Made by a program: the position numbers and the translations under genes | NCBI GenBank assembly: GCA_964518425.1 | Contig: CAZFGG010000001.1 | Location: 120,597-176,935, forward strand | Length of the DNA: 56,339 nt | Direction of reading: 5' to 3' | Origin: an uncultured Gammaproteobacteria bacterium | Lineage (GTDB): Bacteria > Patescibacteriota > Patescibacteriia > SBBC01 > CAIJZX01 | Shown: positions 8,979-20,363 of the stretch, piece by piece | Layout: the number at the start of each line of letters is the position of its first letter | How positions within the stretch are numbered: position 1 is the first letter of the stretch | Notes under the pieces: model-generated | The model's input: only the letters and a program-made list of their open reading frames with translations | What the model was told of the DNA's origin: nothing | Database searches by the model: none

Positions 8979-9903
8979 ATGATGCACCCTCGCCACCAAC
9001 GCCCCGGTGTCGTCCTTCTTCTGGCTTTACTGCTGATGGCGGCAATCGTCGCCTCATCAATCGCTATTGCCACGGCCGTCGCCAACTCATCGCACCAATC
9101 GAAGAACCTCGATGATTTCGTTATCGCTTCGCTCGGCGCGGACAGCGGACTTGAACGAGGTTTAGCGATTGTCAAAACCGGTCGCTCAACTGGGGTGACG
9201 ATTAAGAACGCCACGACCGCCGCGGCCAGTGCGACGCAAGCTGTTGGCGGAAGTGCGGCCACGTTAGCCGTCCAATCCGTCCCAACCGATCAAAAAATTA
9301 TTATCCCGGCCCTTCGACCGTTGGACAGCGTTACCTTCGATTATTTTGGGTATGAGCAGAACGGATATCTGACGACGCTCTCTGGGTCAACGACGATTAG
9401 TGTCGGCGGGGACGTCACCCACTGTGTTACCCCGGATGCCGGTTTGTATCCATGCAACGGAAAATTGGAAGTGGATTGGATCGGCCTGAATACTACTGGC
9501 GAACCATTCTACTCGGGTCGGGCCGCCTATGGGGCTCCGCTGCTGACCGGCTCATCAAACAGCTTGAGCTTGGTGACTAACGTTTTCTCGCCCGACTCGG
9601 ATGCTCCACCGAGTAATATTTCCGCGACCCAAGGATTTCGTATTACTGTCCGAGCTCTCGATGTCTTACCGCATGCTCCGCTGACTGATGCCCAGGCCCT
9701 TGATCGCGCCACGATTCAAAACATTACGATTGCGCCGCCGCCGGTGGTGAATTCCTGCAATGGTAGCGCCTGTCCAACCGGGGTTATTGCTCTGACCAGT
9801 ACCGGCGCCGCCGGTACCAGCCAGTCGGTCAAACAGGCCACGATTCTTTGGCAATTGCCGGCCACGCCACTCTTCAACTTCGTCTTGTTCACCGAAGGCG
9901 ATA

Positions 9904-9920
<17 letters not shown>
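8979..9920 (+). CDS. PilX-N-like pilus-associated protein
   Basis: N-terminal RPGVVLLLALLLMAAIVASSIAIA hydrophobic helix. It is the last gene of the pilin block. Confidence 0.7.
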
Positions 9921-12800
<2,880 letters not shown>

Positions 12801-12802
<2 letters not shown>

Positions 12803-13047
12803 AAAACCGCGCCGACAAGCTCAGTTGAGCTTGCCCGGCGCGGAACTACGTCGAGTGCACATCCCTCCATCACTGGGCGAATTCGCTTCCTGCGAACGCG
12901 GGAGACCCAGGTCTCCTGGGAAGGGGTGAGGACAGTAGCCGGGGAACAAAGCCCCCTGCTAACCGAGCTCGGCTCGGCGTCCATCAGTCGTCAATCTAGC
13001 GGGGGGCTAGCACCGAACTGAACACTCGACGAAACGAACAACTGAGT
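12801..13047 (-). ncRNA. Candidate structured small RNA, family unresolved
   Basis: 310-nt gap with no credible ORF. Minus-strand TTGACA (13082-13077), 17-nt spacer, CACAAT (13059-13054). A 9-bp closing helix (13031-13023 with 12857-12849), several GC hairpins and a terminal terminator. Confidence 0.45.
12807..12843 (-). terminator. Intrinsic terminator oriented for the minus strand
   Basis: Stem CCGCGCCG..CGGCGCGG plus inner stem CAAGCTC/GAGCTTG. On the minus strand a U6 tract follows (A-run 12801-12806 on plus). Confidence 0.75.
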
Positions 13048-13096
13048 GACAGCATTGTGTTCCCGCTCTATCACCTTGTCAAGACCGTTCTCAGAT

Positions 13097-13105
13097 TGCT
13101 AGACT
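13097..13105 (+). promoter_or_regulatory. Extended -10 (TGcTAGACT) placed 6 nt before the gatC ATG, implying a leaderless mRNA
   Basis: Motif followed by a 6-nt gap and no SD sequence. Confidence 0.5.
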
Positions 13106-13111
13106 ACAGGT

Positions 13112-13387
13112 ATGGATGATCGATTACTCTTGCCCCACCTCGCCGAGTTGTCTCGTCTCGACATCGGATCAAACGAACAACAACAGTTTGCTGAACAGGT
13201 ACCAAAAATTTTATCGTACGTCGGTCAGTTAGGTGACGTTCAAACAGAACTTGTCCCGTCGCCGCGCGATCAGCAGGCACCGCTACGGACGGATGAAGCA
13301 CAACCAAGCAAAACTGTTGATGCAATCCTTGACCAGGCGCCGGAGCGTCAGGATCGCTGGTGGAAAGTAAGCGGAGTTTTTTCCTGA
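13112..13387 (+). CDS. gatC: Asp/Glu-tRNA amidotransferase subunit C
   Basis: 91 aa, LAELSRLDI..EQ..F...ILSYV pattern, directly upstream of gatA. Confidence 0.9.
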   Translation: MDDRLLLPHLAELSRLDIGSNEQQQFAEQVPKILSYVGQLGDVQTELVPSPRDQQAPLRTDEAQPSKTVDAILDQAPERQDRWWKVSGVFS

Positions 13388-13391
13388 TCCC

Positions 13392-14864
13392 ATGGACCTC
13401 CTCAATCTCGATATCTCCCAGGTTCGTGATGGCTTATCCAAGAAAGCCTTTTCAGCGGCTGAACTTATTCGTCACCATTTTGACTCAATCGCTACGCATG
13501 ACCCGCAGCTCGGGGCTTTTTTACGAACGCGATCAACGGTCGAAGCAGAAGCCCAAGAAACTGACGCGCGGCTAGCACGCGGTGAAGAACTTCGCCCACT
13601 CGAAGGCGTGCCAGTAGCCATAAAAGACAACATGTCACTTGGTGGCGAAGTCACGACCGCCGCGGCAAAGATTTTGGAACAGTACCGCGGAGTATATACC
13701 GCCACGGCTGTGGCCCGGTTGCAATCGGCAGGCGCCCTCGTCATTGGCAAAACAAACCTCGATGAATTCGCCATGGGCGCGTCAACCGAGAATTCGGCTT
13801 TTCAACCAACTCGAAACCCCTGGAATCCGAATCTTGTTCCCGGCGGTTCATCCGGCGGTTCGGCCGTGGCCACGGCGGCCGGCTTCAGCGTGGTCAGCTT
13901 AGGATCAGATACTGGCGGTTCGATCCGGCAGCCGGCGTCGTTCTGCAATGTCGTCGGCATGAAGCCGACCTACGGTCGCGTTTCACGCTACGGATTATTT
14001 GCGCTCTCCTCGTCGCTCGATCAAATTGGCCCGTTCGCCAGAACTGTGGAAGATGCGGCCGCAGTGTACGAGGTCATGGCCGGCCAGGATGACTGTGACC
14101 AGACGACGAGTGCTGCCGACGTGGGCAACGTCACCACCGCCATGCGTGAACCAATCACCGATTTACGGGTCGGCTTACCCAAAGAATTTTTTGGAGATGG
14201 CGTTGATCCGCGGGTATCTGCGGTCGTCCAGCAGGCGGCCAGAATATTCGAGCAGCGCGGAGCGACGCTGGTGGACGTTTCCATCCCTCATGCTCCCCAA
14301 GCTTTGGCCACCTATTACATCATTCAACCAGCTGAAGCGAGTTCGAACCTGGCCCGATATGATGGAATTCGCTATGGCTTGTCGGTTCGTGATGGTGGAA
14401 ACCTTGATAACATCTACCGCCGAACGCGCGCTCAAGGATTCGGGGCTGAAACGAAACGGCGAATCATGTTGGGCACATTTGCTTTATCTTCAGGGTACGC
14501 CGATGCATACTATGGCCAAGCGACTCGGGTTCGTGCGCTCTTGCGCGAAGAGTTCCATCAAGTCTTCGACCAGGTGGACGTACTTCTCACGCCAACGTCA
14601 CCGACACTACCATTTGCCCTCGGCGCAAAAACACAGGACCCGCTGACGATGTACTTGGCTGATCTGCTGACGGTTCCCGCTAACCTAGCTAATATTCCGG
14701 CCATGTCCTTACCGGGTGGATTCGTTGAAGATCTACCGGTTGGCATTCAACTCATGGCTCGGGAGTGGGACGAGGTGACCATGTTCCGGGCGGCCTTGGC
14801 TTTCCAGCAAGCCACGGATTGGCACACCCGGCGTCCACCGGCCTCCGCCTTGCGGCGAACCTAA
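13392..14864 (+). CDS. gatA: Asp/Glu-tRNA amidotransferase subunit A
   Basis: Amidase signature GGSSGGSAVA...GSDTGGSIR; 490 aa. Confidence 0.97.
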   Translation: MDLLNLDISQVRDGLSKKAFSAAELIRHHFDSIATHDPQLGAFLRTRSTVEAEAQETDARLARGEELRPLEGVPVAIKDNMSLGGEVTTAAAKILEQYRGVYTATAVARLQSAGALVIGKTNLDEFAMGASTENSAFQPTRNPWNPNLVPGGSSGGSAVATAAGFSVVSLGSDTGGSIRQPASFCNVVGMKPTYGRVSRYGLFALSSSLDQIGPFARTVEDAAAVYEVMAGQDDCDQTTSAADVGNVTTAMREPITDLRVGLPKEFFGDGVDPRVSAVVQQAARIFEQRGATLVDVSIPHAPQALATYYIIQPAEASSNLARYDGIRYGLSVRDGGNLDNIYRRTRAQGFGAETKRRIMLGTFALSSGYADAYYGQATRVRALLREEFHQVFDQVDVLLTPTSPTLPFALGAKTQDPLTMYLADLLTVPANLANIPAMSLPGGFVEDLPVGIQLMAREWDEVTMFRAALAFQQATDWHTRRPPASALRRT

Positions 14865-14869
14865 AAATG

Positions 14870-14878
14870 TGCTAGAAT
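14870..14878 (+). promoter_or_regulatory. Extended -10 (TGcTAGAAT) placed 8 nt before ATG 14887
   Basis: Motif followed by an 8-nt gap and no SD sequence. Confidence 0.5.
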
Positions 14879-14886
14879 AATTTTCT

Positions 14887-15279
14887 ATGGCTGAAACCGC
14901 AACAAAAAAAGTCAAAGTCTTACTGGTGGAAGATGAGAAAATGCTCGCCGACATGTACACCACGAAGTTCACGATGGAAGGCTTTGACGCCCAGAAAGCC
15001 TATGACGGACAAGCGGGGGTTGAGGCTGCCAAACAGTTCATGCCGGACATCGTCCTCCTCGACGTGATCATGCCGAAAGTCGATGGCTTTGCCGCTCTCA
15101 AAATGTTGAAAGAAGACCCGACGACCAAAAACATCCCGGTTGTTTTGCTAACGAACCTCGGCCAAGATGAAGACGTTAAGAAGGGGAAACAACTTGGCGC
15201 CGTTGATTACTTCGTCAAAGCCAACCACACGCCAGCCGAAGTTGTGGCCAAAGCCCGGCAAGTCTTAGGAATAAAATAA
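14887..15279 (+). CDS. Stand-alone CheY-like receiver domain (paralog of 1269-1655)
   Basis: VLLVEDE, VLLDVIMP, LLTNLGQ and K in YFVKA. It aligns along its whole length with the first receiver. Confidence 0.88.
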   Translation: MAETATKKVKVLLVEDEKMLADMYTTKFTMEGFDAQKAYDGQAGVEAAKQFMPDIVLLDVIMPKVDGFAALKMLKEDPTTKNIPVVLLTNLGQDEDVKKGKQLGAVDYFVKANHTPAEVVAKARQVLGIK

Positions 15280-15782
15280 TGCCGGCGGTTGAGCAAACCT
15301 TAGTTTTACTCAAGCCCGATGCCGTTGATCGCGGGGTGACCGGCGAGATTATTCATCGCTTTGAGCGCGCTGGCTTGAAAATTTCTGGCTTGAAAATGGT
15401 CTGGCCGAAGAAAGAAGATGCGGCCAAACATTACACAGCCGACTTAGCGGTCAGGCGCGGGGAACACGTTCGCCAGCTGATGATCGACATGCTCACCTCG
15501 GGGCCAATTATGGCCATCGTTTTGGAAGGCGTGGAAGCCGTTGATCAGGTTCGAAAAATGGTTGGGACGACCGAGCCGAAGGCGGCCGCACCCGGCACGA
15601 TTCGTGGAGATTTTGCCCACGTCTCTTTTCAGCACGCCGATAGTAAAAAAATCGGCGTCTACAATTTAGTCCATGCCTCGGGCAGTCCTGATGAAGCAGT
15701 CACCGAAATCGCCGTCTGGTTTGCTCCCAATGAGTTACACAAGCACCAGCCAGGGTATACCAAGCACACCATCAGCTACTAA
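15279..15782 (+). CDS. ndk: Nucleoside-diphosphate kinase
   Basis: TLVLLKPD, GTIRGDF, NLVHAS active-site His context. TAATG coupling to the upstream gene. Confidence 0.93.
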   Translation: MPAVEQTLVLLKPDAVDRGVTGEIIHRFERAGLKISGLKMVWPKKEDAAKHYTADLAVRRGEHVRQLMIDMLTSGPIMAIVLEGVEAVDQVRKMVGTTEPKAAAPGTIRGDFAHVSFQHADSKKIGVYNLVHASGSPDEAVTEIAVWFAPNELHKHQPGYTKHTISY

Positions 15783-15854
15783 GATATTATTCGTAGGCGG
15801 ATAAGGATGTGATGTTCGGGTAATCTCAACCCCACCCCTTCCCCGTCTAAAGAC

Positions 15855-15886
15855 AGCCCCTCCCCCTGAATTCAGGGGGAGGGGCT
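15855..15886. repeat. 32-nt perfect palindrome (AGCCCCTCCCCCTGAA/TTCAGGGGGAGGGGCT)
   Basis: Exact self-complementarity centred on GAATTC, located 70 nt after the ndk stop, with only a weak T tract. Confidence 0.8.
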
Positions 15887-16038
15887 TTGAGATGGGGTGC
15901 TGAAAACTGACCATTGACGCCCTCACCCAAGAGCGTATGCTACTTCTCCTCCCGATTCCCGTACCTTCCTCTAGCCCTCAGCGAGCTCTTTCCGCCCTTT
16001 ACAACCCAATACTTACCCACTAGTCCAACCAAGGACTT

Positions 16039-16245
16039 ATGATTCACGTTACACTAGATACGGCCCCGTACCTCGCGCCTTTACTGGCGTTCACTCATTC
16101 CTATGGGATGATGGTCATCGGCGCCTTCCTGGTGCTGACCGCTTTTTCCGGACGCAAGTTCGGACCATTCGCGCTTCTTCCCTTGGTCATTGGACTGGGG
16201 ATTGTATTGAGTGGTGCGGCGCACCTCTTCCCCCATTGGGGGTAG
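16039..16245 (+). CDS. Small two-TM membrane protein, hypothetical
   Basis: 68-aa hydrophobic ORF. No family recognised. Confidence 0.5.
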   Translation: MIHVTLDTAPYLAPLLAFTHSYGMMVIGAFLVLTAFSGRKFGPFALLPLVIGLGIVLSGAAHLFPHWG

Positions 16246-16362
16246 GAGAAATGAAGTCCTTGGGAATACCCTGGACTTCTTCTTTTACTTGACTGGTTCG
16301 CCCAAGGGGACTAGGGTGAGCCTACGTCATTTCAGTTGCTCATTCCACCTCGGAGGCTAGAG

Positions 16363-16944
16363 ATGCCAAAAGTTATCATGTACGCGCCTCAGTCGAGTCA
16401 CTTCGTTCAAGAATTTTGCCAGCGCTGGGCACACATGCCCCAGTGGGCCCAACCAGCGATCCAGGCCAAGATGTCCGCCGCCATCGCCGTGGACAAGCTC
16501 GACCTGCCGTATGTCCATCGCGAGCGGTTGATCGGCTTACTCGACTACTACACGGAGGCAATGCTGCTGGACATGAAGACATCATTTCAAGCACTCGTGA
16601 TCGCCGTGATCGGAGCAGTTGTGTTCTGGCCGCTGACTGCTCGGGTTCTTGACCTGGCAATCGAACGATTTCGCCTACCAGCGCCGTTCATCGCCCCGTT
16701 CACTGTCGTTGTCGCCCTCGTCGCGATAACGGTGTTGTACCGTATAGCACATGAGTTGCTCAGTCTCTCGCCGAGCTATCAAGCGAAAGAAGAAAAGATC
16801 CGTCGGACGCATTGGGCAATGATGATCTCATCGTATCGGGATCATCCGACGCTCCTCGAGAAGGACCTTGGTCATTTGGCCCAGTTCGATGAGTACCTTC
16901 GCCGGCAGTATCGTCATATCCGTCGCTTGACCGTCCGAGTTTAA
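16363..16944 (+). CDS. Hypothetical membrane protein
   Basis: GGAGG SD 6 nt upstream of ATG 16363, two central TM segments, terminator overlapping the stop codon. Confidence 0.7.
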   Translation: MPKVIMYAPQSSHFVQEFCQRWAHMPQWAQPAIQAKMSAAIAVDKLDLPYVHRERLIGLLDYYTEAMLLDMKTSFQALVIAVIGAVVFWPLTARVLDLAIERFRLPAPFIAPFTVVVALVAITVLYRIAHELLSLSPSYQAKEEKIRRTHWAMMISSYRDHPTLLEKDLGHLAQFDEYLRRQYRHIRRLTVRV

Positions 16945-16960
16945 ACTCGGACGGTTTTTT
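16931..16960 (+). terminator. Intrinsic terminator
   Basis: 10-bp stem CCGTCCGAGT/ACTCGGACGG, loop TTAA (contains the stop codon), then T6. Confidence 0.85.
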
Positions 16961-17224
16961 ATTTGCAAAAAAAGACTGAGGCAGGTAGGCTATCCTTGTC
17001 TCCGGCATCATCGTTGTTCTCTACATTTGTCCTTGGGCGGCCGAATCTCCTGGTCCCGTGGGATGAGGATCTGGCTGACCCAGCGGTCAACACACTGCTT
17101 CAGGACGCTCAAGTGCTCCTTCGCGAAGTACTGGAGTTGTTCGGCAGCAGCCCCGGGCCATTGTCTGGTCTCGGGAATCAAACCCGCTTACGATCGTAAA
17201 GGACGCGATGGGCCGGAGATATAT

Positions 17225-17300
17225 CGGGGTATGGCGCAGTTGGTAGCGCGCTTGCATGGGGTGCAAGAGGCCGTGGGTTCGAGTCCCGCTACCCCGACCA
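17225..17300 (+). tRNA. tRNA-Pro (anticodon GGG), CCA encoded
   Basis: Manual cloverleaf: acceptor CGGGGTA/TACCCCG, D arm GCGC-AGTTGGTA-GCGC, anticodon arm CTTGC-ATGGGGT-GCAAG, T arm GTGGG-TTCGAGT-CCCGC, then ACCA. Confidence 0.93.
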
Positions 17301-17472
17301 ATCTAGAAATCACAGCCTTGCCAAAAATCTGAACTCATGCTTAACTAGCGCGGGTGTTTTTGGCTGGTCGAGCACAAGCGAGATTCGTTCGTGCTACGGG
17401 CCACGTACTGGCGCTTAAGCGCTAAGCGCGACACAACCCAACGAGACTGGGTCAAAAGGAGGTGATACCAAC

Positions 17473-17535
17473 ATGCGTTTCCTGCCGGTGGTCCTGCCGC
17501 TGTTCGTGGATCTGCTGTGGTGGATCCGGCGGTAG
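17473..17535 (+). CDS. 20-aa hydrophobic peptide MRFLPVVLPLFVDLLWWIRR (small membrane peptide, toxin-like candidate)
   Basis: Near-perfect SD AAGGAGGTGA 7 nt upstream of the ATG. An intrinsic terminator lies about 80 nt downstream. Too short for the ORF track. Confidence 0.5.
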   Translation: MRFLPVVLPLFVDLLWWIRR

Positions 17536-17614
17536 CGGAGTAGCCTGACCTATCGGCAGCGCCCTTTACTTGGAATCTCAAGTCCCCCTGTCGTTTGGAA
17601 AGGTTACGGCAGTG

Positions 17615-17644
17615 CTCCCCATGTCGCGACATGGGGAGTTTTTT
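17615..17644 (+). terminator. Intrinsic terminator
   Basis: 12-bp perfect palindrome CTCCCCATGTCG/CGACATGGGGAG followed by T6. Confidence 0.85.
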
Positions 17645-17658
17645 ATGAGAAGTATTTA

Positions 17659-18804
17659 CTACTTTCCTGTTTTCGTTACAAACACCCGTTGACTGACCCA
17701 GGTATTCAATCGGGTAAAGAGTATGCCGGCGAGAACAATCGCTCCAAAGTAGAGTACAAACCCCCAGGCTCCCAACAACAGAAACGTTTCTCGGAATGGC
17801 CATGAATTCACTGCTAAGCGAACAACTTCATGAATCAAGAAAATCTCTAGTGAATGCCGGCCGATCCATCGTAGCCAAGGCCAGCCCGCCGTTGCTTGGG
17901 CTAACGGAAACGTCAGCGTCGTTACCCCAAGTCCAATGAGTGGTGCGGCCAGAGGGAAGAGAGAGTGAACGTCGAAAAAAAGTGTGCCGAGCAGCCAGGC
18001 CACCAGACCAACCGGCCAGAACACCCAGGCCCATCGTCGGACCGAGGAGGTGACGATCGGCACGAGGCTTAAACCCAGACAAAATTCGAATAATCGCGAC
18101 GGGGCTAAAATCTCACTCCATAAACTTTGGAGTTGAGGCGATGGGACTAGGAATAATAGCCATCGCCAAAGAAGCGTGACGAGGAGACTAGCCGTCAGAA
18201 AACGTCCACGCCCCCAGCGTTTCATCTGGCCAATCAACCACGGCGCCAAAAGGTAGAATTGCAGGAGAAGGGCGATGAACCACGACGGAGTAGGCGGCGC
18301 GGCTTCCCAATCAAGCTTCAGCAGGCGAGGAAATATCAAGAGCGATGAAAAAAATTGACTGACCGTTACTCGATAGGGGCTGGAAAAAATTTGTTGACCA
18401 AAAATGAGTTCGTGACCGAGGGTGCTATTATTGTGAACCGCTCGACCGAGCGCTAAGAAGATCAGCCACAAAAAAGTTACCCCAACCGCCAGATAGTAGG
18501 GAACGAGAATATGACGGATATGGCGTCGCCACCATCGACGGATGGGCTCATGGTCATAGGCGTAGGCAATACCGAGCCCCGACAAGACGATGAAGAGATC
18601 AACGCCTTGTCGTCCACTCATGACCAGCAACGCGGCCCAATATCCATGGTGACCAAGGTGGAGGACGGCGTTGGCGGCCGATACGCGTGCTCGGTCGATG
18701 TCTCCCAAATAGTGAAATAAAAGAATCCAAATCATGGCTAAACCCCGCCAAGAATCGAGCCAGGCTAGGTGTGGCCGATCATGCGGCGGGGTAAAGGAAG
18801 CCAT
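17659..18804 (-). CDS. Acyltransferase family 3 (OafA-like) integral membrane protein
   Basis: N-terminal WLDSWRGLAMIWILLFHY motif and about ten TM segments; 381 aa. Confidence 0.85.
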   Translation of the reverse strand: MASFTPPHDRPHLAWLDSWRGLAMIWILLFHYLGDIDRARVSAANAVLHLGHHGYWAALLVMSGRQGVDLFIVLSGLGIAYAYDHEPIRRWWRRHIRHILVPYYLAVGVTFLWLIFLALGRAVHNNSTLGHELIFGQQIFSSPYRVTVSQFFSSLLIFPRLLKLDWEAAPPTPSWFIALLLQFYLLAPWLIGQMKRWGRGRFLTASLLVTLLWRWLLFLVPSPQLQSLWSEILAPSRLFEFCLGLSLVPIVTSSVRRWAWVFWPVGLVAWLLGTLFFDVHSLFPLAAPLIGLGVTTLTFPLAQATAGWPWLRWIGRHSLEIFLIHEVVRLAVNSWPFRETFLLLGAWGFVLYFGAIVLAGILFTRLNTWVSQRVFVTKTGK

Positions 18805-18822
18805 GATAGTAACTCTTTATCT

Positions 18823-19101
18823 TTACCAGATCCGGAAAATTTCTCGCTTGCCTTGGGTGTACATATCAAGATGCCAAGGTTTTGAGTTGCTATTCTCCTT
18901 TTTGGGTTGATTCATATATTTTTTCATCTCCGCTTCCCAGGCCCCCAAGCTCTCATATTCCGTTTCGATCACGACTTTATTGTACACGCCGCTAAGATCG
19001 GTCATAACGCGCGTACCCTCGCCCCATTCCTCTTTGAATTTTTTGGCCATTGTCGAGGCCATGCCTGGCTTGGCGATGAACACTTCGCGAACCATAATCA
19101 T
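18823..19101 (-). CDS. Small cytoplasmic protein, hypothetical
   Basis: GGGAGGTGG SD upstream of ATG 19101. It lies 18 nt upstream of the acyltransferase and is probably co-transcribed. Confidence 0.65.
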   Translation of the reverse strand: MIMVREVFIAKPGMASTMAKKFKEEWGEGTRVMTDLSGVYNKVVIETEYESLGAWEAEMKKYMNQPKKENSNSKPWHLDMYTQGKREIFRIW

Positions 19102-19185
19102 ATTTCCACCTCCCTTCTTCTGTGATCGTACTCTTGTGCATAGAGATGGTCTAGTCTCAGCGGCCATGACAACCCGAAAGCCATT

Positions 19186-19194
19186 TGCTATACT
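19186..19194 (+). promoter_or_regulatory. Extended -10 (TGcTATACT) placed 6 nt before ATG 19201, implying a leaderless mRNA
   Basis: Motif followed by a 6-nt gap and no SD sequence. Confidence 0.5.
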
Positions 19195-19200
19195 TCAAAT

Positions 19201-19785
19201 ATGTGGAAAAATATGGTTATTCTCAGCGTCATTGCGGCGGTCGCTGTTGCTGGGCTTGCCGCCTGGGCTCTCACGATGAGGGGTTCTTCATCGAATACAA
19301 ATATTCTTGTTCCGATTGGGAACAATGGGAATACTTCAGCGAATAATGTGAATGCAAACTCGCTCAATACCAATATCGTTGAGAACGCCTCGACAACGAA
19401 TACGTCAGCCAACAGCAATACATCATCCACGACCAACACGTCAAGCAACACCAACAGTTCCACGACCAACATCGGCGTTGATGCCGCCTTAGCTCAGCCA
19501 AGCCTGTACGACGGGAAACGCGTCTGTCTCGCCGGCGACTTCCAAAAATCGTTTGAGACCCAGGTCTTCGGAACGCAAATGACCACTGACGCTTACGGTA
19601 ATCCGTCCCTTGATGGACCATACGTCTACGCTAGCGGCACCGTGACGACGACCGGTCTAACCTGTGACCAGGCCGAGCGGCAAACGTGCACCGGCACGAA
19701 GACTTTGTGTGGAACATTCAAGGTGGCGACATCGACTGATGGGTTCACCTCGCAGCACTACAGGTACGAACTCATCATCAAATAG
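19201..19785 (+). CDS. Membrane-anchored surface protein with an Asn/Ser/Thr-rich linker
   Basis: N-terminal TM segment, about 70 aa of N/S/T low-complexity sequence, then a Cys-containing C-terminal domain. Confidence 0.7.
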   Translation: MWKNMVILSVIAAVAVAGLAAWALTMRGSSSNTNILVPIGNNGNTSANNVNANSLNTNIVENASTTNTSANSNTSSTTNTSSNTNSSTTNIGVDAALAQPSLYDGKRVCLAGDFQKSFETQVFGTQMTTDAYGNPSLDGPYVYASGTVTTTGLTCDQAERQTCTGTKTLCGTFKVATSTDGFTSQHYRYELIIK

Positions 19786-19811
19786 CTGCGAGCTAGTCGT
19801 GCGCCTAACCG

Positions 19812-19820
19812 TGCTATACT
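19812..19820 (+). promoter_or_regulatory. Extended -10 (TGcTATACT) placed 6 nt before ATG 19827, implying a leaderless mRNA
   Basis: Motif followed by a 6-nt gap and no SD sequence. Confidence 0.5.
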
Positions 19821-19826
19821 TTTTGC

Positions 19827-20279
19827 ATGCGTGAAATTAGTTTACTCATTCTCGGGGCAGTCCTTGGCTTCGTCGGCCAATGGTTGTTCTACCGTTATCA
19901 GCGCCGTGATGAACGAGGCCAAGGCCCGTCCATCGTCGTCTCCAAAATTCAACAAGGCCAGCATGTCTTGGCCGAGCTGCGGAATGTTGGATTCGACACC
20001 TTAAGCGAGATGGACGTGAAGCTAAGTTGGTTAACAAACGGACAGCACCATGAGCGCTTAGCCACCGACTTTTTCCGAACTGGCGAAACGTCGCCTAGCC
20101 GGCTGGAAGTCCTGGGCGCAAATGAAGTATTGACTGTGTCAGGCCTGCCCGCAATATCCGATGACGGCATCATTGATGTACAAGTCAGCGGCTTGGGCGT
20201 GACCAGCCAGCGGCTGTACAGCACGGTCAGTCAACTCGCTATAGCACTACCGCCGCCGCAGACCCAAAACAAAGCTTGA
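19827..20279 (+). CDS. Hypothetical protein with an N-terminal TM anchor
   Basis: 150-aa ORF. No family recognised. Confidence 0.6.
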   Translation: MREISLLILGAVLGFVGQWLFYRYQRRDERGQGPSIVVSKIQQGQHVLAELRNVGFDTLSEMDVKLSWLTNGQHHERLATDFFRTGETSPSRLEVLGANEVLTVSGLPAISDDGIIDVQVSGLGVTSQRLYSTVSQLAIALPPPQTQNKA

Positions 20280-20363
20280 CGTGACGCACGCCAGCGCCTA
20301 GAGTGAGGCTGACCTAATTTTCGGTTTCGCCAGTACATTGATTGTCAGCTACAGGGAGGTCGT

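Noticed and set aside
12960-13010. RNase P-like string CUAGAUUGACGACUG...CCCGGCUAC on the minus strand of the ligA-gatC spacer
   Set aside because: It resembles the P15-P18/3' P4 region of RNase P RNA only loosely. Only about 115 nt are available upstream before gatC, far too little for the rest of RNase P.
17040-17200. Open minus-strand frame of about 55 codons (LIPETRQWPGAAAEQLQYFAKEHLSVLKQCVDRWVSQILIPRDQEIRPPK) upstream of tRNA-Pro, a possible gene remnant
   Set aside because: It has no ATG or GTG start with expression signals (only a TTG) and no recognisable family. It is too short to distinguish from chance.
17345-17803. 152-aa minus-strand ORF between tRNA-Pro and the acyltransferase
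   Set aside because: It overlaps the acyltransferase 3' end in another frame and runs through a perfect intrinsic terminator hairpin. It has no SD, and the plus-strand mini-ORF has far better signals.
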